Part shown: positions 1 to 9,836 of the stretch, piece by piece
Layout of the letters: each line of letters starts with the position of its first letter
Position numbering within the stretch: position 1 is the stretch's first letter
Source: Chloroflexota bacterium
Lineage (GTDB): Bacteria > Chloroflexota > Dehalococcoidia > UBA2979
NCBI GenBank assembly: GCA_027593235.1
Contig: JAQCIU010000031.1
Span: 1-33,756, forward strand
Direction of reading: 5' to 3'
DNA length: 33,756 nt
Notes under the pieces: generated by a model
Told to the model about the DNA's origin: nothing
The model's database searches: none
What the model saw: the letters and a program-made list of their open reading frames with translations, nothing else
Position numbers and translations under genes: made by a program

Positions 1-660
1 CCGCGCCGCCGCGGGTTGCGCGTGCAGCCGCACCGTGTCGACCAACCGCGCACGCCCGCGCGGGCGCGCCAGCCGGTAACGGCGGTCCGCCAGCCCGCGC
101 CGGATCAGCACGCGCAGCGCCGCATCGAAGCCGCGCACCGGCAGCTCCGGCGCGAGTCGCTTTTTCAGCGCTTCCTGTTCCTCCGGCTCATCGCCCAGCG
201 CATCGAACAGGACGCGCTGACGATCGGAGAGCGCGTCCGGCTCCTCCTCGCCCACCTCCGCACCGCGCGCGACGAGTCGCTCCGGACGCTCGCCCGCGCC
301 CGGCGGCAGGAACACGGAATGCGCCTCCCACGGTGGTGACAGGTAGTACTCCTGCAGCCAGCGCGCCAGCTCCATGCGCGCTGGTGTCACGCGCGGCGCG
401 CCCTCCAGCGGCGGCTCAAGCGGGCGCACCTCGGACGGGTTGTAGCCGGGCGTATCGATCGGCCCGTCCACCACGATTCCCTGCAACGTCTGGCGGCCGA
501 ACGGCGCGTGCACCACCTCGCCGGGCGCGATCTCTCGATCCGCCGGAACTGCATAAGAAAAGGTCAGGTACGTCGGGCGGCCAGAATTGACCGCCACCTT
601 CACGTAGCGCGACCGCCCGGGAACGGCCGGATCGAGCGGCTCGACGTGAAGACGTGGCAT
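1..660 (-). CDS. priA: Primosomal protein N' (PriA), N-terminal part; runs off the window edge
   Basis: Not in the ORF track. Hand translation from ATG at 660 gives MPRLHVEPLDPAVPGRSRYVKVAVNSGRPTYLTFSYAVPADREIAPGEVVHAPFGRQTLQGIVV...ELARWLQEYYLSP, matching the PriA 3'-DNA-binding domain pattern (xFxYxVP, VxxPFG, LAxWxxxYY). Confidence 0.9.
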   Translation of the reverse strand, partial: MPRLHVEPLDPAVPGRSRYVKVAVNSGRPTYLTFSYAVPADREIAPGEVVHAPFGRQTLQGIVVDGPIDTPGYNPSEVRPLEPPLEGAPRVTPARMELARWLQEYYLSPPWEAHSVFLPPGAGERPERLVARGAEVGEEEPDALSDRQRVLFDALGDEPEEQEALKKRLAPELPVRGFDAALRVLIRRGLADRRYRLARPRGRARLVDTVRLHAQPAAAR

Positions 661-851
661 CGTCAGCGAATCATACGGTCGCCTCACACGCCCGAGGTGA
701 GCGGGGGCGAAATGGGTGCGAATCTTCCGAGGACGGCGCTACGTCCACACGCTCGCCCGGATCAGCGCCGTCAACGAGCGAGGAACGAACGAATCACCCC
801 ACGACGAGGCGAAGGTCAACAAGCCCCGCAGGGTCGAGAAGAGCCGAAGGC

Positions 852-1199
852 TCAGCGGCGAGCTTCGCGGATACGGGCGGCGCGGCCGGTGAGGCCTCGC
901 AGGTAGTACAGCCGCGATCGGCGGACACGACCCTTGCGCGTCACCTCGATCTTCTCGAGGCGCGGGCTGTTGAACGGGAACGTCCGCTCGACGCCGATAC
1001 CGGAGGTCACACGGCGCACCGTGAAGTTGCCGGCCGGGCCGTTCTTCACACGAATCACCGTGCCGTCGAACGGCTGTAGCCGCTCGCGGGTGCCCTCGAT
1101 GACGCGAATCTGAACGCGCACGGAGTCACCGGCACCGAAGTCGGGGAATTCGGAATTCCGAGGCTGCGCGAATTCGCGGAGGTCGATTGCCATCGCCAT
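852..1199 (-). CDS. rplS: 50S ribosomal protein L19
   Basis: [35 protein letters not shown] motifs; downstream of trmD. Start could be 1193. Confidence 0.97.
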   Translation of the reverse strand: MAMAIDLREFAQPRNSEFPDFGAGDSVRVQIRVIEGTRERLQPFDGTVIRVKNGPAGNFTVRRVTSGIGVERTFPFNSPRLEKIEVTRKGRVRRSRLYYLRGLTGRAARIREARR

Positions 1200-1251
1200 C
1201 CCACCAGTAACTGGACGCGGATTGTTGAACTCAGGGGACCCGAGCGAACGG

Positions 1252-2022
1252 CTAGTCTAGCCGTCCTCGCTCGGTTGCGTCGAGTGCATCAGTCGGGGTT
1301 GGCTCTGATTCCAGCCAGCGCTGCTCTTCCGCACTGAGATCGGCGGCCGCCAGCAAATCGGGGCGCCGTGCGCGCGTGCGGAGCAGCCGCTGCCGCCGCC
1401 GCCAGCGTTCAACCTCGCCGTGGTGGCCGGAGAGCAACACCGGCGGCACCGCCCAGTCGCGGAACTCCGCCGGGCGCGTGTACTGCGGGTACTCCAACAG
1501 GTGCTCGTCGAACGACTCCTCGGACAGCGCGTCCTCGGCGCCCAGCACGCCGGGAATCCGGCGCGACACCGCGTCGATTAACAGCATCGCCGGCAGCTCG
1601 CCGCCGGAGACCACGACGTCGCCCACGCTCACCTCGCGATCCACCAGGTGCTGGCGGACGCGTTCGTCCACACCCTCGTAGCGGCCGCAGATCAACAGCA
1701 GGCGCGGGATCGAGGCCAGCTCGCGCACCAGCTCGCTATCCAGGCGACGGCCCTGCGGTGTCAGCAACACCACCTCGGCAGCCGGTTGGGTCAGCGGCTG
1801 GATCGCCTCGACGGCGGCGAAGAGCGGATCGGGCTTCATCACCATCCCCGGGCCGCCACCGAAGGGGTAGGCGTCCACCGTGTAGTGCTTGTCCGTCGCC
1901 CAGTCGCGCAACTGGTGCAGCGCGACCTCGATCAACGAGGCGTCCTGGGCGCGCTTCAGGATCGACTGATCCAGCGGCCCGCTGAACATTTCCGGAAACA
2001 GCGTCAGCACATCGAACCGCAT
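1252..2022 (-). CDS. trmD: tRNA (guanine-N1)-methyltransferase
   Basis: [61 protein letters not shown] just upstream of ATG 2022, so the start is shortened from the track's 2067. Confidence 0.97.
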   Translation of the reverse strand: MRFDVLTLFPEMFSGPLDQSILKRAQDASLIEVALHQLRDWATDKHYTVDAYPFGGGPGMVMKPDPLFAAVEAIQPLTQPAAEVVLLTPQGRRLDSELVRELASIPRLLLICGRYEGVDERVRQHLVDREVSVGDVVVSGGELPAMLLIDAVSRRIPGVLGAEDALSEESFDEHLLEYPQYTRPAEFRDWAVPPVLLSGHHGEVERWRRRQRLLRTRARRPDLLAAADLSAEEQRWLESEPTPTDALDATERGRLD

Positions 2023-2125
2023 CGCCGCTCCTCCACGCCGGGACTTGGCTGTCCCTGCCGCTCGCATGAGGCTGCCGCACCACGTCGCGTGAATCTACCA
2101 GCCGTTCGTAATTGCCCTCGAAAGA

Positions 2126-2141
2126 TCGACCATATGTTCTG
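2126..2141. promoter_or_regulatory. Imperfect LexA (SOS) box in the trmD/mraZ divergent region
   Basis: TCGACC-ATAT-GTTCTG; one mismatch in the GAAC-N4-GTTC core; abuts the predicted mraZ -35. Confidence 0.4.
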
Positions 2142-2200
2142 TTGTTTGCGTTGTGGGGCGTCTGGTACTGTCTGGGGGCGTTGTGGGGGGAAATGGGGTC
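2142..2200 (+). promoter_or_regulatory. Predicted dcw promoter overlapped by MraZ-type TGGGG direct repeats
   Basis: TTGTTT(2142-2147)-18 bp-TACTGT(2166-2171) with extended TG at 2163. TGGGG at 2154, 2173, 2184 and 2194, roughly on a 10-bp register, as known for MraZ operators. Confidence 0.7.
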
Positions 2201-2248
2201 GCAACCCTGCCCGCTACCCCAAACCCCTGACGCTGCGAGGGGGGCCGA

Positions 2249-2677
2249 GTGTTTTTCTTCGGCACCTTCGAGCACTCCATCGACGAACGCGGGCGACTCG
2301 CGATCCCCGCCCGCTATCGCCGCGCGTTCGTCGACGGGGGTGTCGTCCGGCCTGGGCCGGATGGCTGTTTGGAGATCTACACACAGGAGACGTTCGACCA
2401 GGAGGCACAGCGCAGGCTGGACTCCGAGGACGGCAACCGGCGCCGCTCAGCGCGGCGCACCCGCCGAGGCTTCATGCACGACGCCTACTCACTTGAACTC
2501 GACCGACAAGGCCGCGTCCTCGTGCCCGGGATGCTCCGCGACAGCGTGAGCATCGAGGGCCGCGTCGCGCTCGTCGGCTGTGGTGACTACATCGAAATCT
2601 GGGACCCGGAGCGCTGGGCCAGCGAACTGAAGGATGTCGGGGACGACGAACGCGACGAGCAGGAGCCCGCCGAATGA
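2249..2677 (+). CDS. mraZ: Division/cell wall cluster transcriptional repressor MraZ
   Basis: Two DxxGR repeats (IDERGRLAIP, LDRQGRVLVP), GDYIEIW; first gene of the dcw cluster. Confidence 0.96.
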   Translation: MFFFGTFEHSIDERGRLAIPARYRRAFVDGGVVRPGPDGCLEIYTQETFDQEAQRRLDSEDGNRRRSARRTRRGFMHDAYSLELDRQGRVLVPGMLRDSVSIEGRVALVGCGDYIEIWDPERWASELKDVGDDERDEQEPAE

Positions 2678-3690
2678 CCGGCTCCACTCCTCCCTTCAAC
2701 CCCAACGCCACCCCACGGATCGCCACCGGCGCGTCCACACGCTCCACAACGCCCCATCACGTCCCCGTCATGCGCGACGAGGTCATCGAGGGCCTCGCGA
2801 TCCGCCCCGGCGGACACTACGTGGACGGCACGGTCGGCCTCGGTGGTCACGCGCTCGCAATCATCGAGGCCGCACAGCCCGGTGGCCGCGTGCTCGGGAT
2901 CGACCGCGACCCGCACGCACTCGCCGTCGCCGCCGATCGCCTCGCGCCGTACGGCGACGCGGTCGTGCTGGTACGCGGGAACTACGAGGACGTCGAGACG
3001 ATCTGCGCCGAACACGGCTTCGATGCCGTCGACGGGATGCTGCTCGATCTCGGGATGTCGTCGCTACAGATTCAGCAGCCCGGGCGGGGGTTCTCGTTCC
3101 AGCAGAACGAACCGCTCGACATGCGAATGGATCCGGATCAGCAGCTCACCGCTGCCGATCTGGTCAACGACCTGGAGGAAGGGGAACTCGCGGACATCAT
3201 CTGGCGCTACGGCGAAGAACGCCGCAGCCGTCACATTGCGAGGGCGATCGTTGCACGTCGCCCCGTGCGTACCACTGGCGAATTGGCCGGTGTCATCGAG
3301 CAGACCGTGGGACGGGGCCGGGGACGACCCAACACTATCCACCCCGCCACGTTGACGTTCCAAGCCTTGCGAATTGCGGTTAACCAGGAGCTGAAGCACC
3401 TGGACGCCGTACTCGCGTCGGCCCACGGTCTGCTCGAGGCCACCGGCGGTCGCCTCGTCGTCATTTCCTTCCATTCACTGGAAGATCGACGGGTCAAAGA
3501 ATACATCCGCGACCACAGCGCCGCGCGTCCGCGCGATCGCTGGTCGCCAGATCCCGGACCGCCCCCAAGCTGGCGTCGCGTCACGCGCCGCGTGCGCAAA
3601 GCCAGCGACGAAGAGATCGCCCGCAATCCGCGTTCGCGCTCCGCGCGACTGCGGGTCGCCGAGGCGATCCCGCTCACCGAGGCCGCCTGA
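2674..3690 (+). CDS. rsmH: 16S rRNA m4C1402 methyltransferase RsmH (MraW)
   Basis: HVPVM, DGTVGLGGH, LDLGMSS, RGFSF, PLDMRMD, FQALRIAVNQEL, ISFHSLEDRRVK, NPRSRSARLR; ATGA overlap with mraZ. Confidence 0.97.
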   Translation: MTGSTPPFNPNATPRIATGASTRSTTPHHVPVMRDEVIEGLAIRPGGHYVDGTVGLGGHALAIIEAAQPGGRVLGIDRDPHALAVAADRLAPYGDAVVLVRGNYEDVETICAEHGFDAVDGMLLDLGMSSLQIQQPGRGFSFQQNEPLDMRMDPDQQLTAADLVNDLEEGELADIIWRYGEERRSRHIARAIVARRPVRTTGELAGVIEQTVGRGRGRPNTIHPATLTFQALRIAVNQELKHLDAVLASAHGLLEATGGRLVVISFHSLEDRRVKEYIRDHSAARPRDRWSPDPGPPPSWRRVTRRVRKASDEEIARNPRSRSARLRVAEAIPLTEAA

Positions 3691-4178
3691 TGGCATCGCT
3701 CGGCGCCACCGTTCGTGATGGCGCCGTCGCCGGTCGCCCCGGCCGCGGCGCCGCCGCTCCCCATGGACGCGGTTGGTCGCTACCCGGGGCCGGTCAGGTT
3801 TCGCGTTTGCTGATCATCGGCGTCGCCCTGTTGGGCGTCGCCCTGCTCGGCCTACTCCAGGTGCTCCAGGCCAGCCAGGTCGCCACGGTCGGCTTCCAGC
3901 TCCGCACGCTGCAGGCCGAACGCAGCACCCTGGAGGCCGAGATCCGCCTGCTCGAGGCCAACGTGGCCGAGCGCTCGCAACTCGAACTGCTGCACGACGA
4001 GGCGACTGGTCGCCTCGGCATGGTGGAACCGGAGCAGACGGTGCGCGTCACGATCGACGCGCCGGCGCCGCGAGCGATGCCGCTCCCTCGCCGTTACATC
4101 GAACCGGCGCCGGTGATGGAAGTTGAGTCGGATCCCTGGTGGGAGCCGCTCCTGGAACGCATCCCCGGATTCGACTAG
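3690..4178 (+). CDS. ftsL: FtsL-like cell division protein
   Basis: One TM helix followed by a leucine-periodic coiled coil ending A..RLGM; sits between rsmH and ftsI. Confidence 0.75.
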   Translation: MASLGATVRDGAVAGRPGRGAAAPHGRGWSLPGAGQVSRLLIIGVALLGVALLGLLQVLQASQVATVGFQLRTLQAERSTLEAEIRLLEANVAERSQLELLHDEATGRLGMVEPEQTVRVTIDAPAPRAMPLPRRYIEPAPVMEVESDPWWEPLLERIPGFD

Positions 4179-4183
4179 CCCGC

Positions 4184-4237
4184 GTGCGCGGGCCGCGGGA
4201 TGCAACGTCGGCGTGGGGTAGAGAGGGTTCGCGGTGA
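4184..4237 (+). other. 17-aa bridging mini-ORF between ftsL and ftsI
   Basis: GTG 5 nt after the ftsL stop; MRGPRDATSAWGREGSR; TGA 4235-4237 overlaps the ftsI GTG. Translation unproven. Confidence 0.25.
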
Positions 4238-5967
4238 GCGACGCCCGACCCGATCACCTGACGTGGCGCCATTGGGTCGTCACGCTGCTGGTGCTCGCCT
4301 CCCTTGGCGCCATCATGGTCCGCCTCTACGACCTTCAAATCGTCAATCACGAGGTCTACCTGGATCGCGCCCAGGCGACCCGTCACGGCAACGCCGAGAC
4401 ACCCGCGCCACGCGGCGTGATCACCGACGCGACCGGCTATCCGCTCGCCGTCTCCATCGATACCTGGGACATCTACATCGACCGTTTCCTCTGGCGTGAC
4501 CACGTGAAGGCATCGGAAGCCGCGATCGCCGTCGCCGACTTCCTCCACCTCGACGCCGACATGCTCTTCGCCGAAGGCATCTCCGCCGACATCGGCGACA
4601 TCCCAATCCGCCGCGATCTGAGCTACCAGGAGGGCGTCGCCCTCCGCGCGCTCGATCTCTGGGGCATCCGTACCCTTCCCTCCGCCGTCCGCGAGTACCC
4701 CGAGGGCGACCTCGGCAGCCAGATCGTCGGCTACGTCGGCATCGACGGCGTCGGTCTCTGGGGCGTCGAATCGGACTACGACCACCTGTTGCGCGGCCAG
4801 GGCGGCCGCGTCGATCGCGAACTCGACCTGCTGGGACGCCCGATCGCGTTCGCCGCCAACACCGACGACCGCGCGGTGCGCGGCGGCGAGGTCCAACTCA
4901 CGATCGATCGCTTCATTCAGGCGATCATCGAGCGCGAGCTGGAGCGCGCCCTCGAGGAGTACGACGCGCCCAGCGGCTCGATCACCGTGATGCGCCCGCG
5001 CACCGGCGAGATCCTGGGCATGGCGTCGCGGCCGGGCGCGGCGATCACGGCGGAGGGTCTCCAGGACCCGCAGCTCAGCGAACTCGTCCGCAACCGCCCG
5101 ATGACCGACCTCTACGAACCCGGCTCGGTGCTCAAGACGCTCACCACCGCGATGGCGATCGACCTCGGGCGCGTGAACGCGGAGTCGACCTACGTCGACG
5201 AGGGCTCGGTCCTCGTCGGTACGGACACGATCAGTAACTGGGACTTCCAGGCCTGGGGCGAGGTCAACGTCCGCACCTACCTGCAGAAGTCGTTGAATAC
5301 CGGCTCCGTCTGGCTCTCCCAACTGATCGGAGCGGAAGACTTCTACAAGTACCTCAAGAATTTCGGCATCGGTGAGCAGACCCACCTGGGACTGAGCGGC
5401 GAGGCCGAGGGCCTGATCCGTACCCCCGCCGATCCGGCCTGGTACCCAGTCGACCTCGCCACCAACTCCTTCGGCCAGGGTCTCGCCGCCAGCCCCCTGC
5501 AGGTGCTCACGGCGGTGAACACCCTCGCCAATGACGGTTGGCTGATGCGCCCCTACATCGTCTCCCGCATCGTCTCCGCGGATGACGTCCGGACCTTCGA
5601 CCCGGTCGCGGTGCGACAGGTCGTCTCCGCCGAGACCGCGCACACGATGGCCGGGCTGATGAACGACGTTGTCGACGGCGTCGAGTGGCACCTCGCGCAG
5701 GTCGACGGCTACGCGGTCGCCGGTAAGACCGGGACGACGATCCTCTCCGACGAGTCCGGCTACGACTTCGACACGACAATCGCGTCGTTCGCCGGATTCC
5801 TGCCCTACAACGACCCCCAGGTCTCGATCCTCATCAAGATCGACACCCCACAGGGCGCGCTCAACCTCGGTGGTCAGGTCGCGGCACCGGTGTTTTCCCG
5901 CGTCGCCGCTGAGATCATGGAATACCTCCGCATCCCGCCGACCGAAGCACTGGTGGCCGCGCCGTGA
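4234..5967 (+). CDS. ftsI: Class B penicillin-binding protein (FtsI/PBP3-type transpeptidase)
   Basis: N-terminal TM, PRGxITD, REYP, SxxK (EPGSVLK), SxN (KSLN), KTG (GKTGT). Confidence 0.93.
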   Translation: MSDARPDHLTWRHWVVTLLVLASLGAIMVRLYDLQIVNHEVYLDRAQATRHGNAETPAPRGVITDATGYPLAVSIDTWDIYIDRFLWRDHVKASEAAIAVADFLHLDADMLFAEGISADIGDIPIRRDLSYQEGVALRALDLWGIRTLPSAVREYPEGDLGSQIVGYVGIDGVGLWGVESDYDHLLRGQGGRVDRELDLLGRPIAFAANTDDRAVRGGEVQLTIDRFIQAIIERELERALEEYDAPSGSITVMRPRTGEILGMASRPGAAITAEGLQDPQLSELVRNRPMTDLYEPGSVLKTLTTAMAIDLGRVNAESTYVDEGSVLVGTDTISNWDFQAWGEVNVRTYLQKSLNTGSVWLSQLIGAEDFYKYLKNFGIGEQTHLGLSGEAEGLIRTPADPAWYPVDLATNSFGQGLAASPLQVLTAVNTLANDGWLMRPYIVSRIVSADDVRTFDPVAVRQVVSAETAHTMAGLMNDVVDGVEWHLAQVDGYAVAGKTGTTILSDESGYDFDTTIASFAGFLPYNDPQVSILIKIDTPQGALNLGGQVAAPVFSRVAAEIMEYLRIPPTEALVAAP

Positions 5968-7367
5968 ACGCGCCCTCGCTCGTCCTCGACTCGCGTTTCG
6001 TCGCGGAAGCGCTGGGGCCGATGCTCCGCGGCCGCGGCGGCACCGACCGCGTCTTTGAACGCGCGATCATCGATTCGCGTGAGGCGCGCCCCGGCGATCT
6101 CTTCGTCGCCCTCCCCGGAGAGCGCACCGACGGGCATAACCACGCGGCCGCCGCGGTCGCCGCCGGCGCCACCGGCTGCCTGCTCGGTCGCATCGTCGAA
6201 GGCACCGAGGCCGCTTCCCGCTTCTACGTGGACGACCCGCTGCTCGCGCTGCAGACGCTGGGCGCGGCCTGGCGCTCCGCACTGACCGGCCTCGATGTCG
6301 TGGGCGTCACCGGCAACGTCGGCAAGACCACTACTAAGCTGATCGTCGCGCAGCTGCTGGCGCCCCGCTATCGCGTCCAGGTCAATCCGCTGAACTACAA
6401 CAACGAGATCAGCGTCCCGCTCTGCTTGCTGGAACTGCGCCCGGAGTCCGAGCGCGCCGTGATCGAACACGGCATGTACACCACCGGCGAGATCGCGCTG
6501 CTTTGTCGCTGGACCCGGCCGCGCGTCGGCGTCGTGCTCAACGTGGGCCCGGTCCACCTCGAGCGCGCCGGCTCGATGGAGGCGATCGTCCAGGCGAAGC
6601 GCGAACTGATCGAGGCGCTGCCCGCCGACGGGCACGCGATCCTCAACGCCGATGATCCGCTCGTCGCCGCCATGGCGCCCAGCACTGCCGCGCCGGTCAC
6701 CACGTTCGGCACCGCCGAGGGTGCACGGGTGCGCGGCCACGCGGTCGAAAGCCAGGGCGCCCGTGGCTTCGACTTCACCCTCGACATCGACGGCGAACAG
6801 CGGCGCGTGCACGTCCCGTTGCCGGGCGCACACCTGTTGAGCAACGTTCTCGCTGGCATCGCCGTCGCCCACGTCGACGGCGTCCCGCTCGACGACATCA
6901 CCGGCGCGGTGGAACGACTGGACGTCCCGCTGCGTCTGGAGATCGTCGCGCTCACCGAGGACATCACCTTGCTGGACGACACCTACAACGCCAATCCCGC
7001 CTCGATGAACGCCGCCCTCGATCTGCTGTCCGAACTCACCGGCCGCCACGTCGCGCTCCTCGGTGACATGCTCGAACTCGGCGATGAGTCGGCTCGCGCG
7101 CACCAGAAGGTGGGCGAACGCGCCGGCGCGGAACTCGATCTGCTCTTCACGATCGGCGACCTCGGAGCTCGTATCGGCGAGGTCGCGGCGACCGCCGGCG
7201 TGACCACCCGTCACCTCGCCAGCAAGGACGAGGCCGCGACCGTCCTGGCTCAGCGCCTCGAACCGGGCGACGCGATCTTGATCAAGGGCTCAAACGCGCT
7301 GCACCTCGAAACCGTCGTCCGCGATCTGATCCTGGCGCTCAACGCCGCCCTCGAGGAGCGCTCGTGA
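5964..7367 (+). CDS. murF: UDP-MurNAc-tripeptide--D-Ala-D-Ala ligase
   Basis: IDSR..PGDLFVALPGERTDGH, TGNVGKTTTK, NYNNEI, LDDTYNANPASM, LGDMLELG, LIKGS. Confidence 0.95.
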   Translation: MNAPSLVLDSRFVAEALGPMLRGRGGTDRVFERAIIDSREARPGDLFVALPGERTDGHNHAAAAVAAGATGCLLGRIVEGTEAASRFYVDDPLLALQTLGAAWRSALTGLDVVGVTGNVGKTTTKLIVAQLLAPRYRVQVNPLNYNNEISVPLCLLELRPESERAVIEHGMYTTGEIALLCRWTRPRVGVVLNVGPVHLERAGSMEAIVQAKRELIEALPADGHAILNADDPLVAAMAPSTAAPVTTFGTAEGARVRGHAVESQGARGFDFTLDIDGEQRRVHVPLPGAHLLSNVLAGIAVAHVDGVPLDDITGAVERLDVPLRLEIVALTEDITLLDDTYNANPASMNAALDLLSELTGRHVALLGDMLELGDESARAHQKVGERAGAELDLLFTIGDLGARIGEVAATAGVTTRHLASKDEAATVLAQRLEPGDAILIKGSNALHLETVVRDLILALNAALEERS

Positions 7368-8353
7368 TTTACGCCCTGTTCGTCGGTGGATCCGCTTTCC
7401 TGATCTCGCTGCTGCTCGGCGCGTTCATCGTGCCGGCCCTCCGCGGGCGCAACATCGGGAAGGTCATCTCCGCCGAGGGCCCGACGACGCACCACGTCAA
7501 GCAGGGCACGCCCACCATGGGTGGCCTGATCATCTACGGCACCGTCGCCCTGGTCACCGTCGTCACGAACATCTTCGAGATCCGAAATGGCGGACTGGTC
7601 TTCGAACGGCGCTCGATCTTGCTGCCGCTCTTCGTCGTCATCTTCACGATGGCGATCGGCTTCTGGGACGACCTCGGCACGCTCACGAGCGTGATCGGCC
7701 GGCGCGCACTGTCCTGGCGGCTCAAGTTCCTGCTGATCGGCGGCCTCTCCGCCGTCGTCGCCTACACCCTCTACTTCCAGCTCGATGCCCGCAGTGCCAA
7801 CGTTCCGTGGGCCGGCCAGGTCGATCTCGGACCGATCTACCTCGTGATCGCCGTCATCACCGTCTTCGCGACCACCAGCGCCGTCTCAATCACTGACGGC
7901 CTCGATGGCCTGCTGGGCGGCACGGCCGCGATCGCCTTCGCCGCCTACGCGGTGATCGCCTTTATCCAGGGCCAGGAATTCCTTGCCACCTTCTCCTTCA
8001 CCGTCGTCGGCGCCCTGCTCGGGTTCCTCTGGTACAACGCCCATCCCGCGCAGGTGTTCATGGGCGACACCGGCGCGCTCCCGCTCGGCGCATCGCTCGC
8101 CACCGTCGCGCTGATGACCGGCCACTGGCTCCTGTTGCCGATCATCGGGATCGTCTTTGTCGCCAACGCCGGCTCCACGGTCCTGCAGATCGCCTACTTC
8201 CAGACCACCGGCGGCCGCCGCCTCTTCCGGATGACGCCCCTCCACCACCACTTCGAGCTCCTCGGCTGGAGTGAGCCCCAGGTGGTGCTCCGAATGTGGT
8301 TGTTCGCCTTCGCCGGCGCGATGGTCGGCGTCGCCTTGGCGCTGTCCGTATGA
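7364..8353 (+). CDS. mraY: Phospho-MurNAc-pentapeptide transferase
   Basis: KQGTPTMGG, GFWDD, TDGLDGL, FMGDTG, PLHHHFEL; multi-TM. Confidence 0.97.
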   Translation: MIYALFVGGSAFLISLLLGAFIVPALRGRNIGKVISAEGPTTHHVKQGTPTMGGLIIYGTVALVTVVTNIFEIRNGGLVFERRSILLPLFVVIFTMAIGFWDDLGTLTSVIGRRALSWRLKFLLIGGLSAVVAYTLYFQLDARSANVPWAGQVDLGPIYLVIAVITVFATTSAVSITDGLDGLLGGTAAIAFAAYAVIAFIQGQEFLATFSFTVVGALLGFLWYNAHPAQVFMGDTGALPLGASLATVALMTGHWLLLPIIGIVFVANAGSTVLQIAYFQTTGGRRLFRMTPLHHHFELLGWSEPQVVLRMWLFAFAGAMVGVALALSV

Positions 8354-8457
8354 CGCGCGGGAACGGCGAAGCGATCGAGCGCGCGGCGCGGGGTCGATCT
8401 GCCAATGATTTGTGGGTCTGTCTGAATGTGGATATTGTAATGGCTCATCTGCTATGA
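8350..8457 (+). other. 35-aa bridging mini-ORF between mraY and murD
   Basis: ATG overlaps the mraY stop (ATGA 8350-8353); MTRGNGEAIERAARGRSANDLWVCLNVDIVMAHLL; stop overlaps the murD ATG (ATGA 8454-8457). Confidence 0.4.
8410..8438 (+). promoter_or_regulatory. Possible internal promoter upstream of murD
   Basis: Locally AT-rich; TTGTGG(8410-8415)-17 bp-TATTGT(8433-8438). Confidence 0.4.
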
Positions 8458-9836
8458 CCCGTATACCGAACCTACTCGGGGCTCGGGTGACGGTTGTTGG
8501 CCTCGGAATCGAGGGAATTGACCTCGTGCGTTACCTGACGGTCGAAGGGGCCGCGGTTACTGTGTCCGATTCTCGGACCGCCATGCAGCTGCGCGAACAA
8601 ATCGAAGCCGTCGCCGACTGCGATCCGCACCTCTCCCTCGGCGAAAACCGCACCGAGGACGCCACCAACGCCGAGGTCGTCTTCGTCTCCCAGGGCGTCC
8701 CCACCGATCTGCCCGCGCTCCGCGCCGCCCGCCGCGAGGGCGTCCCCGTCTCCTCGATGACGCAGCTCTTCCTCGATCGGTGTCCCGCTCCGGTCGCCGG
8801 GATCACCGGATCGTCCGGCAAGACCACCACCACCGCCCTCACCGCGGCGATGCTGGATGCGTCCGGCGTCGACTACGTCGTCGGCGGAAACATCGGGATC
8901 GGCCTGCTCAGCCTGCTCGAGCGCATCGAACCCACGACGAAAGTCGTCGTCGAGCTGTCGCATACCCAGCTCGAGATGGTCGAGGAGAGCCCCGCGCTCG
9001 CCTGCGTCACGAACGTAACGCCGAACCACCTCGATCACTACTCGTGGTCGTCTTATGTCGATTTGAAGCGCCGGATCTTCCAGTTCCAAGCGCCCGAGGA
9101 CCTCGCGATCTTCAACCTCGATGACGAGGTCTGCGCCGGCTTCGTCGACGAAGCAGCCGGCCGCGTTGCCACCACCTCGATGACCCGCGATCTGCCGGGC
9201 GATGGCGCCCTGCTCCTCGACGACACCGTCGTGCGCCGCGAGGCTGGCGAGGACCACGCCGTCATACACCGCGACGAGATCCCGTTGCGCGGCGAACACA
9301 ACGTCGCCAACGTCCTCTCCGCCACCGCCGTCGCGTCGCGCCTCGGTGCCGTCGACGCGGCGATCGCCGAGGCGGTGCGTACGTTCCGCGGAGTCCCCCA
9401 CCGCCTGGAGCCCGTCACGACGATTCGTGACGTCCTTTATGTAAACGACTCCATCGCCACCACCCCAGAGCGCACCATCGCCGGCCTTCGTTCGTACGAG
9501 GAGCCATTGGTGCTGCTGCTCGGTGGGCGTGACAAGCGCCTCCCGCTACGCGAGATGGCCGCGCTGGCCGTCGAACGCTGTCGCGCCGTGATCACCTTCG
9601 GCGAGGCCGGCGATCTGTTCGCCGAAGCCGTGCGCGAGGCCCAGGACGGCGACACGCCCTCGATCGAGCGCGTCGCGGATGTCGCCGCGGCCGTGCGTCG
9701 CGCCGCCGATCGCGCCCGCGCCGGCGATGTCGTCCTCTTCTCCCCCGCCGGCACGTCGTTCGACGCCTACCGCACCTTCGAGGTGCGCGGCGCCGACTTC
9801 CGCGCCGCCGTCGCCAACCTCGAGGTCGCGCGATGA
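8454..9836 (+). CDS. murD: UDP-MurNAc-L-Ala--D-Glu ligase
   Basis: VVGLGIEG, GITGSSGKTTTT, GGNIG, NVTPNHLD, FRGVPHRLE, YVNDSIAT, GGRDK, FSPAGTSFD; ATG 8454 preferred over the track's 8412. Confidence 0.96.
   Translation: MTRIPNLLGARVTVVGLGIEGIDLVRYLTVEGAAVTVSDSRTAMQLREQIEAVADCDPHLSLGENRTEDATNAEVVFVSQGVPTDLPALRAARREGVPVSSMTQLFLDRCPAPVAGITGSSGKTTTTALTAAMLDASGVDYVVGGNIGIGLLSLLERIEPTTKVVVELSHTQLEMVEESPALACVTNVTPNHLDHYSWSSYVDLKRRIFQFQAPEDLAIFNLDDEVCAGFVDEAAGRVATTSMTRDLPGDGALLLDDTVVRREAGEDHAVIHRDEIPLRGEHNVANVLSATAVASRLGAVDAAIAEAVRTFRGVPHRLEPVTTIRDVLYVNDSIATTPERTIAGLRSYEEPLVLLLGGRDKRLPLREMAALAVERCRAVITFGEAGDLFAEAVREAQDGDTPSIERVADVAAAVRRAADRARAGDVVLFSPAGTSFDAYRTFEVRGADFRAAVANLEVAR

Noticed and set aside
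661-851. Structured RNA or SOS box in the rplS-priA spacer
   Set aside because: No convincing stem-loop family or GAAC-N4-GTTC; only a lone TATGAT -10-like hexamer (675-670, minus strand) without a -35.
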